From: a virus
Lineage: Duplodnaviria > Caudoviricetes
Length of the DNA stretch: 64,000 nt
IMG/VR virus record: IMGVR_UViG_3300023115_000018
Span: 11,101 to 75,100 of that record
Reading direction: 5' to 3' (one strand)
Shown piece after piece: positions 42,001 to 50,700 of this stretch. Position 1 is the stretch's first letter; every line of letters starts with the position of its first letter. The notes beneath the pieces are model-generated. The model did not search any database and was not told the DNA's origin. It was given only the letters and a program-made list of their open reading frames with translations. The position numbers and the translations under genes were made by a program.

Positions 42001-44069
42001 CATCAGTAGATCAACAAGAAACTAATAATGTTGGCGATGATGAGTTGGACGATGATAGTGAAGGAACTTCTAGTGCAGATGAACCCTCTGATGATGACTC
42101 AACAACTTCTGTTACCGATGATACTGCGTCCGAAGATGACTCAACAACTTCTGTTACTGATGATGCCGAGACAGAAGATGATGGAACAACAACGGTAGTA
42201 GATACTGAAACTTCAGATGATGACTCAACAACTTCTGTTACTGATGACACCGATGTAGAAGATGACCCAACAACATCTGTTACCGATGATACTGCATCTG
42301 AAGATGACTCAACAACTTCTGTTACCGATGATAATCAAACTACTGATGAGCTAAATGAACCAGTCATTGATTCGGAAGAACCGAATGATGAAAATGATGG
42401 TATAGAGGTTGATGTCGATGATCGTGATGATGAAAACCAACCGCCCGTATCAGATATAGATGAAACTACGGATGATACCACTTCAGTAGAAACAGAAACA
42501 GATACAACAGAAGATGATACTACTTCAGCAGAACCATCTGTAGATGAAACAGAAGATGATACTACTTCAGCAGAACCATCTGTAGATGAAACAGAAGATG
42601 ACACAACTTCAACAGAATCATCTGTAGATGAAACAGAAGATGAAACTGATACTACCGAAGATGGTACAGATGTAACTACAGATGAATCTGGGCAACCAAC
42701 CTCAGAAGATGATACAGTTGACGATCAGACAGATACTACTGAAGATGGTACTGACGAAACTACAGATCAACCAAGTGACCCTAGTGGTGAAGGCGATACC
42801 GTTAGTGATGAAACAGATACTACTGAAGATGGTACAGACGAAACTACAGATCAACCAAGTGACCCTAAAGGTGAAGATGATACGGTTAGTGACGAAACAG
42901 ATACTACCGAAGATGGTACAGATGTAACTACAGATGAATCTGGAGACCCGACAAGTGAAGATGATGCTGTAGAAGATACTGATGCTGGAGTTGGTGGAGA
43001 ACAGGATGTAGTAGATGATGCAACAGATACATCTACATCAGATGATGAAACCGTTGGTGACGATACGGACACAACAGAATCATCTGGGGATGACACTGTA
43101 GATGATACCGATTCAGTTCCCTCTACTGATGAAGACGGTGTTGACGATACCGATTCAGTTCCCTCTACTGATGAAGACGGTGTTGACGATACCGATTCAG
43201 TTCCCTCTACTGATGAGGATGGAGAGGATGACACAACTCCACCAGTTACAGATGGAAATGATACAGATAACGAAGAAGTTCCTACTGGTTCGGATGATGA
43301 AGTCCCAGAAGATCAGCCTGGGGTGCCGCCTGGCGAAGAAGATGATTTTGAAACAGACCCATCAGTAAGAGTTTCCGATGGAGAAGGACAAACTGACCAA
43401 GATGGCGCCGATGAAACATTAGATGATACACAAGAGGATGATACAACACCGGCGGTAGATGATGAAGATACTACTGAAGATGTTTCTGAGCCATCCATAA
43501 CAGACACTGATGATACGGAAGACGTTTCTGATCCACCTGTTACTGATGAAGATACTACTGAAGATGTTTCTGAACCACCAGTAACAGATACTGATGATAC
43601 AGAAGACGTTTCTGAACCGCCAGTAACAGATACAGATGAAAATCCAGATGTTTCGCAACCACCTGTTAGTGATGAAGATGATACTCCAGATGTTTCTGAA
43701 CCACCAGTTATTCCAGATGAAGAAACTGATGATGATGGACAACCACCAGTTATTCCAGATGAAGAAACTGATGATGATTCACAACCACCAGTCATTCCAA
43801 GTGAAGAGCCTGACGATGATTCACAACCACCAGTCATTCCAAGTGAAGAGCCTGACGATGATCCACCAGTTCCGCCTACAAACGATGAAGAAATTGATGA
43901 AGACGCACCAAACAATCCACCCAGTCAGGATGATGGAACAAGGGAACTTGGTACAATCGTAATGAGAGATGGTGAGATAAAATTATATGTCTTAACGCCT
44001 GTCTTATCAGCAAATAAATATATTGGCCCATTTGTTGATAGAGAATTGGGCAACAGATTTTTTAGTTGA
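39078..44069 (+). CDS. Hyper-acidic, low-complexity repeat protein (1663 aa), probable virion-associated protein
   Basis: Long ORF in the late gene block. N-terminal ~130 aa looks beta-rich, followed by D/E/T/S/P-rich 14-aa repeats with almost no K/R. Confidence 0.75.
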   Translation: MSVENIFLFNDVVKVKVGIDSPVGIDAPSDGQVVEQNGLTYTYDAAAASWDITVLSNIVFVSGLASSITLSFSVGDILVNGASQGTSATISNNDVVQLSLENPTLNQSNTYSVVADGTTIDYIVELNDPEVANFDADRSTSSTNDDLEKIDTTSPTSTDSDVTIFQSIINQLNAGDVDFESVKEELSTLIQENFSEVYQEALGDLEVLLAQEFEEFRDTILTSETEIVETTVQESAEITEVITAKDAEIDSVLETQESQDYTQELVQETLETSEQETFVEDEVLETSEQETFVEDEVLETSEQELLAVTDSPEISDQELLAVTDSPETSEQETFVEDEVLETSEQELLAVTDSPETSTPDTFTEDESIEVSDQELLAVTDSPETSTPDTFTEDEVLETSEQELLAVTDSPETSTPDTFTEDEVSETSEQELLAVTDSPETSTPDTFTEDDVVETSTPDIFAEDEVVEASTPDTFTEDEVIEVSDQELLSVTDSPETSTPDTFSETIQLALLDQVKAELIDNEELKLSDLFSDLENILTNQLESFAEEITPDFLLQVLSELSDSEELKTADIQNLEDIQSLLNPDILLDLENVQLEDITTELVRESLSTVFQEFLEETLNETFILPETDETTETLSTLDQVKEETVDVIETTAFDSSEEQDVVEEVAAEVDTTVETTEGVEQERTEESPEEQQLEEKLDAASETVDSQDTTSDEQIPVGSDGEVVEEDSGDSTTSDATVDDEVSETSTDDSVVDDDTDVTESPDTTVDDEVVETSTDDTTVDDDTDISSSPDAAVDDDTDATESPDATVDDDTDATESPDATVDDDTDTSPSPDTTVDDDTDVTPSPSLDEEDEASETVSDGNVVSDSELEGGTDTEIPEDATEDSTTPSEVPEEDPSTTETPDSEVEDEVQPVSDDASDVTDEQTVTETETDTPVDESGDTESDSDTSVDQQIESGTDTDTPVDESGDTESDSDTSVDQQETNNVGDDELDDDSEGTSSADEPSDDDSTTSVTDDTASEDDSTTSVTDDAETEDDGTTTVVDTETSDDDSTTSVTDDTDVEDDPTTSVTDDTASEDDSTTSVTDDNQTTDELNEPVIDSEEPNDENDGIEVDVDDRDDENQPPVSDIDETTDDTTSVETETDTTEDDTTSAEPSVDETEDDTTSAEPSVDETEDDTTSTESSVDETEDETDTTEDGTDVTTDESGQPTSEDDTVDDQTDTTEDGTDETTDQPSDPSGEGDTVSDETDTTEDGTDETTDQPSDPKGEDDTVSDETDTTEDGTDVTTDESGDPTSEDDAVEDTDAGVGGEQDVVDDATDTSTSDDETVGDDTDTTESSGDDTVDDTDSVPSTDEDGVDDTDSVPSTDEDGVDDTDSVPSTDEDGEDDTTPPVTDGNDTDNEEVPTGSDDEVPEDQPGVPPGEEDDFETDPSVRVSDGEGQTDQDGADETLDDTQEDDTTPAVDDEDTTEDVSEPSITDTDDTEDVSDPPVTDEDTTEDVSEPPVTDTDDTEDVSEPPVTDTDENPDVSQPPVSDEDDTPDVSEPPVIPDEETDDDGQPPVIPDEETDDDSQPPVIPSEEPDDDSQPPVIPSEEPDDDPPVPPTNDEEIDEDAPNNPPSQDDGTRELGTIVMRDGEIKLYVLTPVLSANKYIGPFVDRELGNRFFS
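39870..40590 (+). repeat. 42-bp (14-aa) tandem repeat array: ETSEQETFVEDEVL / ETSEQELLAVTDSP / ETSTPDTFTEDEVL
   Basis: For example acttctgaacaagaa at 39891 and 39933 (period 42), with alternating unit types. Confidence 0.9.
41270..43870 (+). repeat. Successive 42-bp and 84-bp repeat arrays (DDDTDATESPDATV, DDSTTSVTDDTASE, EDDTTSAEPSVDET, DDTDSVPSTDEDGV, EDVSEPPVTDTDDT, DDDSQPPVIPSEEP)
   Basis: Units read from the translation; an 84-bp duplication starts gatacaccagttgatg at 41871 and 41955. Confidence 0.85.
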
Positions 44070-44082
44070 TGGATAGTTAAGA

Positions 44083-47000
44083 ATGCCACAGTTTCAAACC
44101 GCCAATGGACAAAAGATACAGGTTGCAACTAAACTAGTTTCAAATATTATAGTTGAAACTATTGATCCACCACAAGTCGAATATGTAAATTACTTTACTC
44201 CAGATATTGATCCTAGAAATAATGCGATTGATCTAGAAAGAATAAAAACTTATCAAGGACAAACATATGAGGTTAGACGTTCTGATTTAGTATGGAACTA
44301 TGGACTAGAACTTGATGAGATTGGTTATGCAAACTATTTCTATACAAATGGAATAAATTTAGCACAAAGATATTATGACAACTTAGTTCAAACAAGTGTT
44401 CATAGAGGTGGTATTGGAGAATATAATCCAAACTTTTATATTGAAGTAGAAAGTATTGGTTCGGACGCTGCCAATGTCACCGCAAATTCCAGTGAATATC
44501 GATCTCAAAGGATCGATTATTACAATCCAATCACAAAACAAATTGATAAAAAACTCTATCATACAAGTCGAGGAGTTAGAGTTACAAAATTAACCAAGAA
44601 TGGTAGTTTTTGGACATTTGTTGATAGTATTCAATATGACACTTTTGATAGTACAGAGTCTCTTAGTACATTTTTGGTGGCAGGACAAGACGCAGTTGTT
44701 GGTGAGGTATATGAACTTGTAGGGACATACGATATAAATGACTCTGATACTTTTGCTGCATTAGATTCTATGGGATTTATTGCAGGATCAGTTGAGTCTC
44801 CAACAATTTCCACCAGAGCCACATTGCAAAATTTACCACCAGAAAATTTTACAGTTACTTTTAGAGAAGTTAGAACTGTAGGATATTTCAATGCAATAAA
44901 TCTAAGAAATTTTATATCTACTTTTTCTGATGGTGATATGATTATTATAAACACTTTTGATGAACCTAGTGCGAATAAAAATTTATGGACAGGCGAATTA
45001 AGTAATAATTTTATTACAAGTTTTGCAAATTCTGCATGGGATTATAGAAGTGCATATTTATATATTGGTATAAAAAATGGAGAAAAAATAGATGAACAAT
45101 ATGCCGAAGATACATCTGCGAAATTATATACTACGATAAACTCTGAGTTATTATTTGACCCTGTTACAGCAACAACATACACATCAATTTATGATGAGTT
45201 TAGTCAAGGCGGATTTAAAAACAAGTATAATGTAAACAAAAGATATATTCCACAAATTAGTTCTACCTTAGATGAACAACAGGATGGGGTATATGTTGTA
45301 TTAGATGGTTATGATAGAAAAACTGCAACCGTTCCATTTAAATATTGGCATCCAAGACATCCTTCGCAGAGAATGAATACACTTGAAGATGTATTTCATT
45401 TTTCGGTAAGTGTCAAGGACATAGATTTTAGTTTATTCGAAGAACATTTAAGAGTATCTGTTTATCATTCAAAAGAAAACCACGAAGATGTGTTGGAAGA
45501 TTTAACCAATTTTTATTCTAAAAATACATCATCTTTAATTGATGAAATAGACTTTGATTTGAGTGGACAAGTAGATAAAGAATGGGTACATCTGAGTATT
45601 GATTTGCTTTCTCTCAATTTTCCATCATATGATGGCATAGTCTGGTTTGAGATTGAAAGAATTCCTAGATTATTTGATAACCCATTTACCGATGGTTTCC
45701 GAGCGGATCAAATATTTAATTCTTGGTATAGATTTTCTCATTTAGGTGATGAGGCAGTATATCCATTTGACCCACAAGATGAATTAGAAACTGCATATGT
45801 ATATGATATTGTCGATAATAAAATAGTTTCTACTCAAAATTTCAGAGGTTATACTGGATTTGTTTCTTTTGAATCTTATGAAAATTATAATTTAGAAGTT
45901 AGGGTAAAGAGTGGAGAGTTTGATAATGATGCAGTTGGTTTAATTATTGGTTTTGTATTTGAAGATGGAAAAGAATACACGTTAAGTGTATTACGAGCTC
46001 TTGGACAACACTTTAGAGGTAAGTCTTGGCTTGCAATTGCAAACTGTAATCAGGCAAGTAGCACTCTTGGTGAACCTTGGGAATGGTTGGGGTTACGTCC
46101 TGATGAAGTTATTGATTATGAATATGAATTTGATAAAGATATCAATCCTTTCTATCACGAAATATGGGATGGAACTCCTACTGCACCAAAACCAGAAGTT
46201 CCTGCTGAATTTTTGGATGCAGAGGTGGAATCACAGGGCCCTCAGTGGAATATGTTTCCTAATGGAACAAAAATAAGAATTGAAAAACGTGCAAATATCG
46301 TAAAACTTTATACAAGTCAGTTTAATGACCCAGAAACTATTGATCCATCTACAGAGATTGAAATTGATTTGTCATCAGACCCAGAATTGGAAAGGTTTAT
46401 TTACTCTAGAATTGGTATCAGTAACTTTTCTGCAGCAGATGCATCTTGGGAAGATGTTACATTTGAACCACTGATCGATGTGGCGACAGAGACTACTTCT
46501 GAAGATTATCCAACATCTAGAAACGGTTTCATTGCAGTGGGTGGAATGGGAACTGAAAGAACTTACATGTCAGAAGAGTTGTCGGGCCCAGTTTCAAATC
46601 CTTACTTCATTGAAACAATTAACTCAACTAAGTTTGTTATTGATAGACAACAACTAGAATCGGTTGCGAAGTTTAATTTAAGAACTTTTGAATTGTCCGT
46701 TGGAATGGACGGATATAATCAAGATGTTGTTGAATTGATGCGCCCTGATTTATATGGAGCAACAATTCTAGATTATAACAATATTAATATGATATTGCAA
46801 TCAAAAACTATTCACTTCGACTATTCGCCGTTTACTGGTGGAAAGTCACTGGATATTTCTAAAATCTGGGAAATGGACTTTGTTGATAGAAGGTCAAGTA
46901 CGCCAATATTTGAACAGACTCTAGGCGGACTAAAAGTAAAACAAGATTTAATAACAAAAATTTGGGAAGTAAATCTTGCAGGAATAACTTATAACTTTGG

Positions 47001-49395
47001 AGATTTACCAAGAGCTGAATATACTATAATAAGAGATAATCTTAATTTATTGGGCGAATTGCCAAGGGCAGAATTTACTACATCTAATACACAAGATTTG
47101 ATATTAGATACTAATACTGGTTTATATTATTTTAAACCTAGTGATCAGGCATCTGATATAACAAAATCTTTATATTTTGGAAAACCAAAAGATATTAACA
47201 TTCCTATTAACCATTACTTTGCAAAATATAAAGACTCTGCATTTAAATATAACCAACAGATTGAAGAGGTAATGGATGTTGTAATTCCACCTAATGATTA
47301 TTTCATAAAATCTAGAGATATTGTTTTAGATAATACCTTATTTAAAGAGACTGTTAAAATATTTGAATTTGATTATCCTAAGTCTGTTTTCTTTGATAGA
47401 GCAAAAGATATTCAGTTTAATGTTGCACCTTTCTATACAGAAACTTTAGACAAGACATATATTAATAAATTATTCTTTATTGATTTGGATGAATGGAATA
47501 CTAGTTTAAACTTTAGTCCTTTCCAGTATAACATGGATGATGTTTCTTATATAATCGAACAAAACTATTTACTTGCAAAAGATACTGGTATTGACCCTAA
47601 AAATAGTTTTAAATTTAAAATGCTTGAAGAAATATTTAAACCGAAATTTATTATAAGCGATCAACCAACATATGAATTTATTTTTGACTCTTTTGTTGGC
47701 GTTTCGTCTAATCTTTGGGATTCTACAAAATTCCAACCTACTTATTATGAAAAATATGAAAGTGGACATCCTAGAAGTGATGGATCAGATGCATATGGAC
47801 ACGAACCTACCACTGTAGAAGTTCCTAAAAGTCGATATAAAGAGGGTGCTTTCTTAGGGTTTATAAAGGAAAATAGTGTTGGTAAAAATCACGGATGTGG
47901 CGCATTTCATGTAGACCAAGAATATAGAGAAACACAGGTTCTTGGTGATGTTGGTAGTGGAGGAAAATTCTTATTTGAATTTTCTGAAGTAGACTGGGAT
48001 TTAGACAAGAATGGTTCATTTGAAAGTGGATGGGGATTGGCCCGAGCAGCCAAAAAACAATATAACTTTACATATGAAATAATTAAAAACGATAAAACTG
48101 GTAGACTACCAGATTGTCTAGAATTGGATGGGAATATTATTAAAGGCAGACTCAGTGAAACTGATATGTTTGTGAGAAAAAACGCATTTGAAACTTGGAT
48201 GAAAAGTCAGGGTCAAGAAATAGATGGTGCGTGGATTTCGCACGCTGATAATATAGACTATGATTATTCTGATTTCCAATTAACCAATCCTAGAATATTT
48301 ACTTTGCAGATGACTGGTACAAACACTACTAGAGGAGAATTAGATGTAATACATTCCGGCGCCGAAAGATATTCTTTTGGTGAAGTTATTGTGCAAGGTG
48401 ATACTACTCTTGTAATTGACAGTGTTGGTTCTGATTATACAACTGAGGTTTTAAGGGATACTGGTGTTGAAACTGTAACGGTAACACGATATGAATATAG
48501 AGAACTGAAAGGTGAAATTGATATAACTTCAAATGAAACTACTCAAACTTCTGTTTTTGTTCCTAGTACTCAAACGGCATCTATTGAAATTGCAAAATTA
48601 CAAGAAGACTTAGTTTTTGCAACTGGAAACACTGCAACTCTTATACAAGAAAGAATCGATGAATTGCAGGATATTATAGATGGAAATGTCGCAAGCGAAG
48701 GTTATTTTGCAATTACAGACGAATCGCCAATCACAAATTTTAAATATGTCGAAAGTGAAGAAACATCCCTGCAAGCAATCGTACATGATTTTATTGTCGA
48801 TAACACTGGTGGATTGATAAAAAATATAGAAATAGTTATGCCAATCTGGAATAACTTTACATATGATAAAGATTTATTCTTGCACAAATCTGATAAAATA
48901 CAGACACCAGAGAATCAAGATAGATTAAAGTGGATTGAAGATCAAAGAAATAAGGGATATTACACATATGACCCTAGTAGAAACAATACTGCACTTGATA
49001 TTGCATGGATACAGGCAATAAATAATTATAATAATGGTATTATCACTTATGATGATTATGCATGGAAGAAAAATTTTATAATTAATTCTAGAAGTTTTAT
49101 GTCAGAAGAAAAGAGAGAAGAATATATAGAATATATTGAAAGTTTTGTAAAACTTGAAGTCGGAACAGCGGATAAGTATAATGTAAATAAATCAAAATTA
49201 TCAGAAGTTTCTATTGATTATTTTAATACAAATTATCCATATGTAGAGTCTGAAAATAATCAATTTACATATTTGGAAAATATTGAACCATTTGTACTTA
49301 ATTGTGAATTTGAGGTTTCAGAAGAAATATTCTATGACTTTGATCAGGATGCAAAAGTAATTAGAGGATATCCAGTATATGCCAGCTGTAACTAG
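44083..49395 (+). CDS. Large virion protein (1770 aa) with an ILEI-like domain, a lectin-like domain and an Ig-like C-terminal region
   Basis: 'RGVRV...YDTFD...LRNFISTFSDGDMIIINTFDEP...RSAYLYIGIKNG' (ILEI-like); 'WYRFSH...DNDAVGLIIGF' domain shared with gp7; 'GRLPDCLELDGNIIKG'. Overlaps the PAAR gene. Confidence 0.65.
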   Translation: MPQFQTANGQKIQVATKLVSNIIVETIDPPQVEYVNYFTPDIDPRNNAIDLERIKTYQGQTYEVRRSDLVWNYGLELDEIGYANYFYTNGINLAQRYYDNLVQTSVHRGGIGEYNPNFYIEVESIGSDAANVTANSSEYRSQRIDYYNPITKQIDKKLYHTSRGVRVTKLTKNGSFWTFVDSIQYDTFDSTESLSTFLVAGQDAVVGEVYELVGTYDINDSDTFAALDSMGFIAGSVESPTISTRATLQNLPPENFTVTFREVRTVGYFNAINLRNFISTFSDGDMIIINTFDEPSANKNLWTGELSNNFITSFANSAWDYRSAYLYIGIKNGEKIDEQYAEDTSAKLYTTINSELLFDPVTATTYTSIYDEFSQGGFKNKYNVNKRYIPQISSTLDEQQDGVYVVLDGYDRKTATVPFKYWHPRHPSQRMNTLEDVFHFSVSVKDIDFSLFEEHLRVSVYHSKENHEDVLEDLTNFYSKNTSSLIDEIDFDLSGQVDKEWVHLSIDLLSLNFPSYDGIVWFEIERIPRLFDNPFTDGFRADQIFNSWYRFSHLGDEAVYPFDPQDELETAYVYDIVDNKIVSTQNFRGYTGFVSFESYENYNLEVRVKSGEFDNDAVGLIIGFVFEDGKEYTLSVLRALGQHFRGKSWLAIANCNQASSTLGEPWEWLGLRPDEVIDYEYEFDKDINPFYHEIWDGTPTAPKPEVPAEFLDAEVESQGPQWNMFPNGTKIRIEKRANIVKLYTSQFNDPETIDPSTEIEIDLSSDPELERFIYSRIGISNFSAADASWEDVTFEPLIDVATETTSEDYPTSRNGFIAVGGMGTERTYMSEELSGPVSNPYFIETINSTKFVIDRQQLESVAKFNLRTFELSVGMDGYNQDVVELMRPDLYGATILDYNNINMILQSKTIHFDYSPFTGGKSLDISKIWEMDFVDRRSSTPIFEQTLGGLKVKQDLITKIWEVNLAGITYNFGDLPRAEYTIIRDNLNLLGELPRAEFTTSNTQDLILDTNTGLYYFKPSDQASDITKSLYFGKPKDINIPINHYFAKYKDSAFKYNQQIEEVMDVVIPPNDYFIKSRDIVLDNTLFKETVKIFEFDYPKSVFFDRAKDIQFNVAPFYTETLDKTYINKLFFIDLDEWNTSLNFSPFQYNMDDVSYIIEQNYLLAKDTGIDPKNSFKFKMLEEIFKPKFIISDQPTYEFIFDSFVGVSSNLWDSTKFQPTYYEKYESGHPRSDGSDAYGHEPTTVEVPKSRYKEGAFLGFIKENSVGKNHGCGAFHVDQEYRETQVLGDVGSGGKFLFEFSEVDWDLDKNGSFESGWGLARAAKKQYNFTYEIIKNDKTGRLPDCLELDGNIIKGRLSETDMFVRKNAFETWMKSQGQEIDGAWISHADNIDYDYSDFQLTNPRIFTLQMTGTNTTRGELDVIHSGAERYSFGEVIVQGDTTLVIDSVGSDYTTEVLRDTGVETVTVTRYEYRELKGEIDITSNETTQTSVFVPSTQTASIEIAKLQEDLVFATGNTATLIQERIDELQDIIDGNVASEGYFAITDESPITNFKYVESEETSLQAIVHDFIVDNTGGLIKNIEIVMPIWNNFTYDKDLFLHKSDKIQTPENQDRLKWIEDQRNKGYYTYDPSRNNTALDIAWIQAINNYNNGIITYDDYAWKKNFIINSRSFMSEEKREEYIEYIESFVKLEVGTADKYNVNKSKLSEVSIDYFNTNYPYVESENNQFTYLENIEPFVLNCEFEVSEEIFYDFDQDAKVIRGYPVYASCN

Positions 49396-49669
49396 AAAGG
49401 GCGACACCTGTACAGGACACGGTTGTTTTCCACCAAGAGCGAGTGTCCAAGGAAGTGGAAATGTGTTTGTAAATAGTATTCCAGTTCATCGACAAAGTGA
49501 TGGATGGGCGACTCATTGTTGCCCGCCGCCCACATGTCATGGTTCTGTTCTTTCATCTGGTTCTAGTACAGTTTTTGCGAATGGATTACAGGTCGGTAGA
49601 ATAGGAGATCCAGTCGCATGTGGTTCTTCCGTTGCCGTTGGTAGTGGAAATGTTTTTGCTGGTGGATGA
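49379..49669 (+). CDS. gp5.4: PAAR-domain spike tip protein (T4 gp5.4 homolog)
   Basis: 'MPAVTRKGDTCTGHGCFPPR....GS.NVFVN..PVHRQSD.W..HCC....H...L..GS.TVFANG....RIGD.V.CGS.VA.GS.NVFAG' with conserved Cys/His metal ligands. Confidence 0.93.
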   Translation: MPAVTRKGDTCTGHGCFPPRASVQGSGNVFVNSIPVHRQSDGWATHCCPPPTCHGSVLSSGSSTVFANGLQVGRIGDPVACGSSVAVGSGNVFAGG

Positions 49670-49677
49670 TATAAATA
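49670..49677 (+). promoter_or_regulatory. T4-type late promoter TATAAATA
   Basis: Exact consensus immediately after the PAAR stop, upstream of the GGAG RBS and TTG start at 49707. Confidence 0.78.
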
Positions 49678-49706
49678 ATGTATAAAAGATAAGACGGAGT
49701 TTTTCA

Positions 49707-50639
49707 TTGGCAATTGCATATCCTATTAAGGCACTCGTACAACAGTCTGGTGATGTTGTTCTTGGAGAATTTTTAGAATCCGACTATATTGGTATTCTAG
49801 ATGGTGGTACTGGCGCAGGGGGAAGTAGAGAAAGTAATAGTCTTCCTGCAACAGCAACAGATGAAGAATTACTTGATGCAATCAGACAACAAATGCGAGA
49901 TAATTTTGAACTCGCACGATATGAAACATATTCTTCTATAATCGCAATTCAACAAGAAGTTCCAGATGCTGGTAGAATAGCAATGGATAGTACTTCTGGA
50001 AGATTGTTTTATGGTACAGGAGAAGCTTGGTTTGAAGTAGGACAGGCACTTTTAGTTCAAGATAATATCACTGGTGGACTTGAGTTTGGCGGAGATATTA
50101 TTGTTATATACAACCCAGACACGAGTACTACATCAGTAACGGTAGATTTTACACCACTTAGAAACCAAATAAACGCAATTATAGGTGGCTCTGGACTAAA
50201 TGCGGATGGTACTTATACTCCAAATGCAAACACCAATTTTATTTCTGGTGCAACTAGTCTAAATAATGCTGATGTATTGTTGGACACTGCTCTGCAAAAC
50301 GAAATTAATAGGGCAACTGGTGTAGAATCTTCTATTATATCACAAATAACAGGGGTTACTAACGACCTTGCAAATTTTGCATATGAAGGACACACTGCAG
50401 CACAGGTATCTGGTGCTGGAAAGGTTGGTATTGTTTATGATACCACCAGTGGAAAATACGAACCAACTAGTGATTTTGGAGTTGGTGGTTTTATAAAGTT
50501 CACCATGGAAGATGGTAGTAGGGATGATATTCCATTGACTACTACTTTCCACGGCAATCAAATATTAAGTGGTGTAGTTGAATTTTTTACGGCAAATGGT
50601 ACTCAAGACGATATAGATTTGGTCGTAAACGGTGTATAA
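49707..50639 (+). CDS. Short fibre-like / coiled-coil virion protein (310 aa), TTG start
   Basis: N-terminus resembles that of the 2225-aa fibre; 'GLNADGTY...GATSL....LLDTAL' is shared with ORF 20985; two C-terminal 'F...DG..DDI.L' repeats. Confidence 0.65.
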   Translation: MAIAYPIKALVQQSGDVVLGEFLESDYIGILDGGTGAGGSRESNSLPATATDEELLDAIRQQMRDNFELARYETYSSIIAIQQEVPDAGRIAMDSTSGRLFYGTGEAWFEVGQALLVQDNITGGLEFGGDIIVIYNPDTSTTSVTVDFTPLRNQINAIIGGSGLNADGTYTPNANTNFISGATSLNNADVLLDTALQNEINRATGVESSIISQITGVTNDLANFAYEGHTAAQVSGAGKVGIVYDTTSGKYEPTSDFGVGGFIKFTMEDGSRDDIPLTTTFHGNQILSGVVEFFTANGTQDDIDLVVNGV

Positions 50640-50648
50640 ATTCTTTTT

Positions 50649-50656
50649 TATAAATA
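50649..50656 (+). promoter_or_regulatory. T4-type late promoter TATAAATA
   Basis: Exact consensus upstream of the AGGAG RBS and ATG 50701. Confidence 0.8.
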
Positions 50657-50700
50657 ATAAGAAATAAATAATTGCAATTTAAAATAATAGGAGTTTATTA

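Noticed and set aside
41195-43915. Ser-rich minus-strand ORFs (191, 127, 200 aa and others)
   Set aside because: They are antisense shadows of the GAT/GAA/ACA-rich acidic gene, with no RBS or promoter and a composition dictated by the sense strand.
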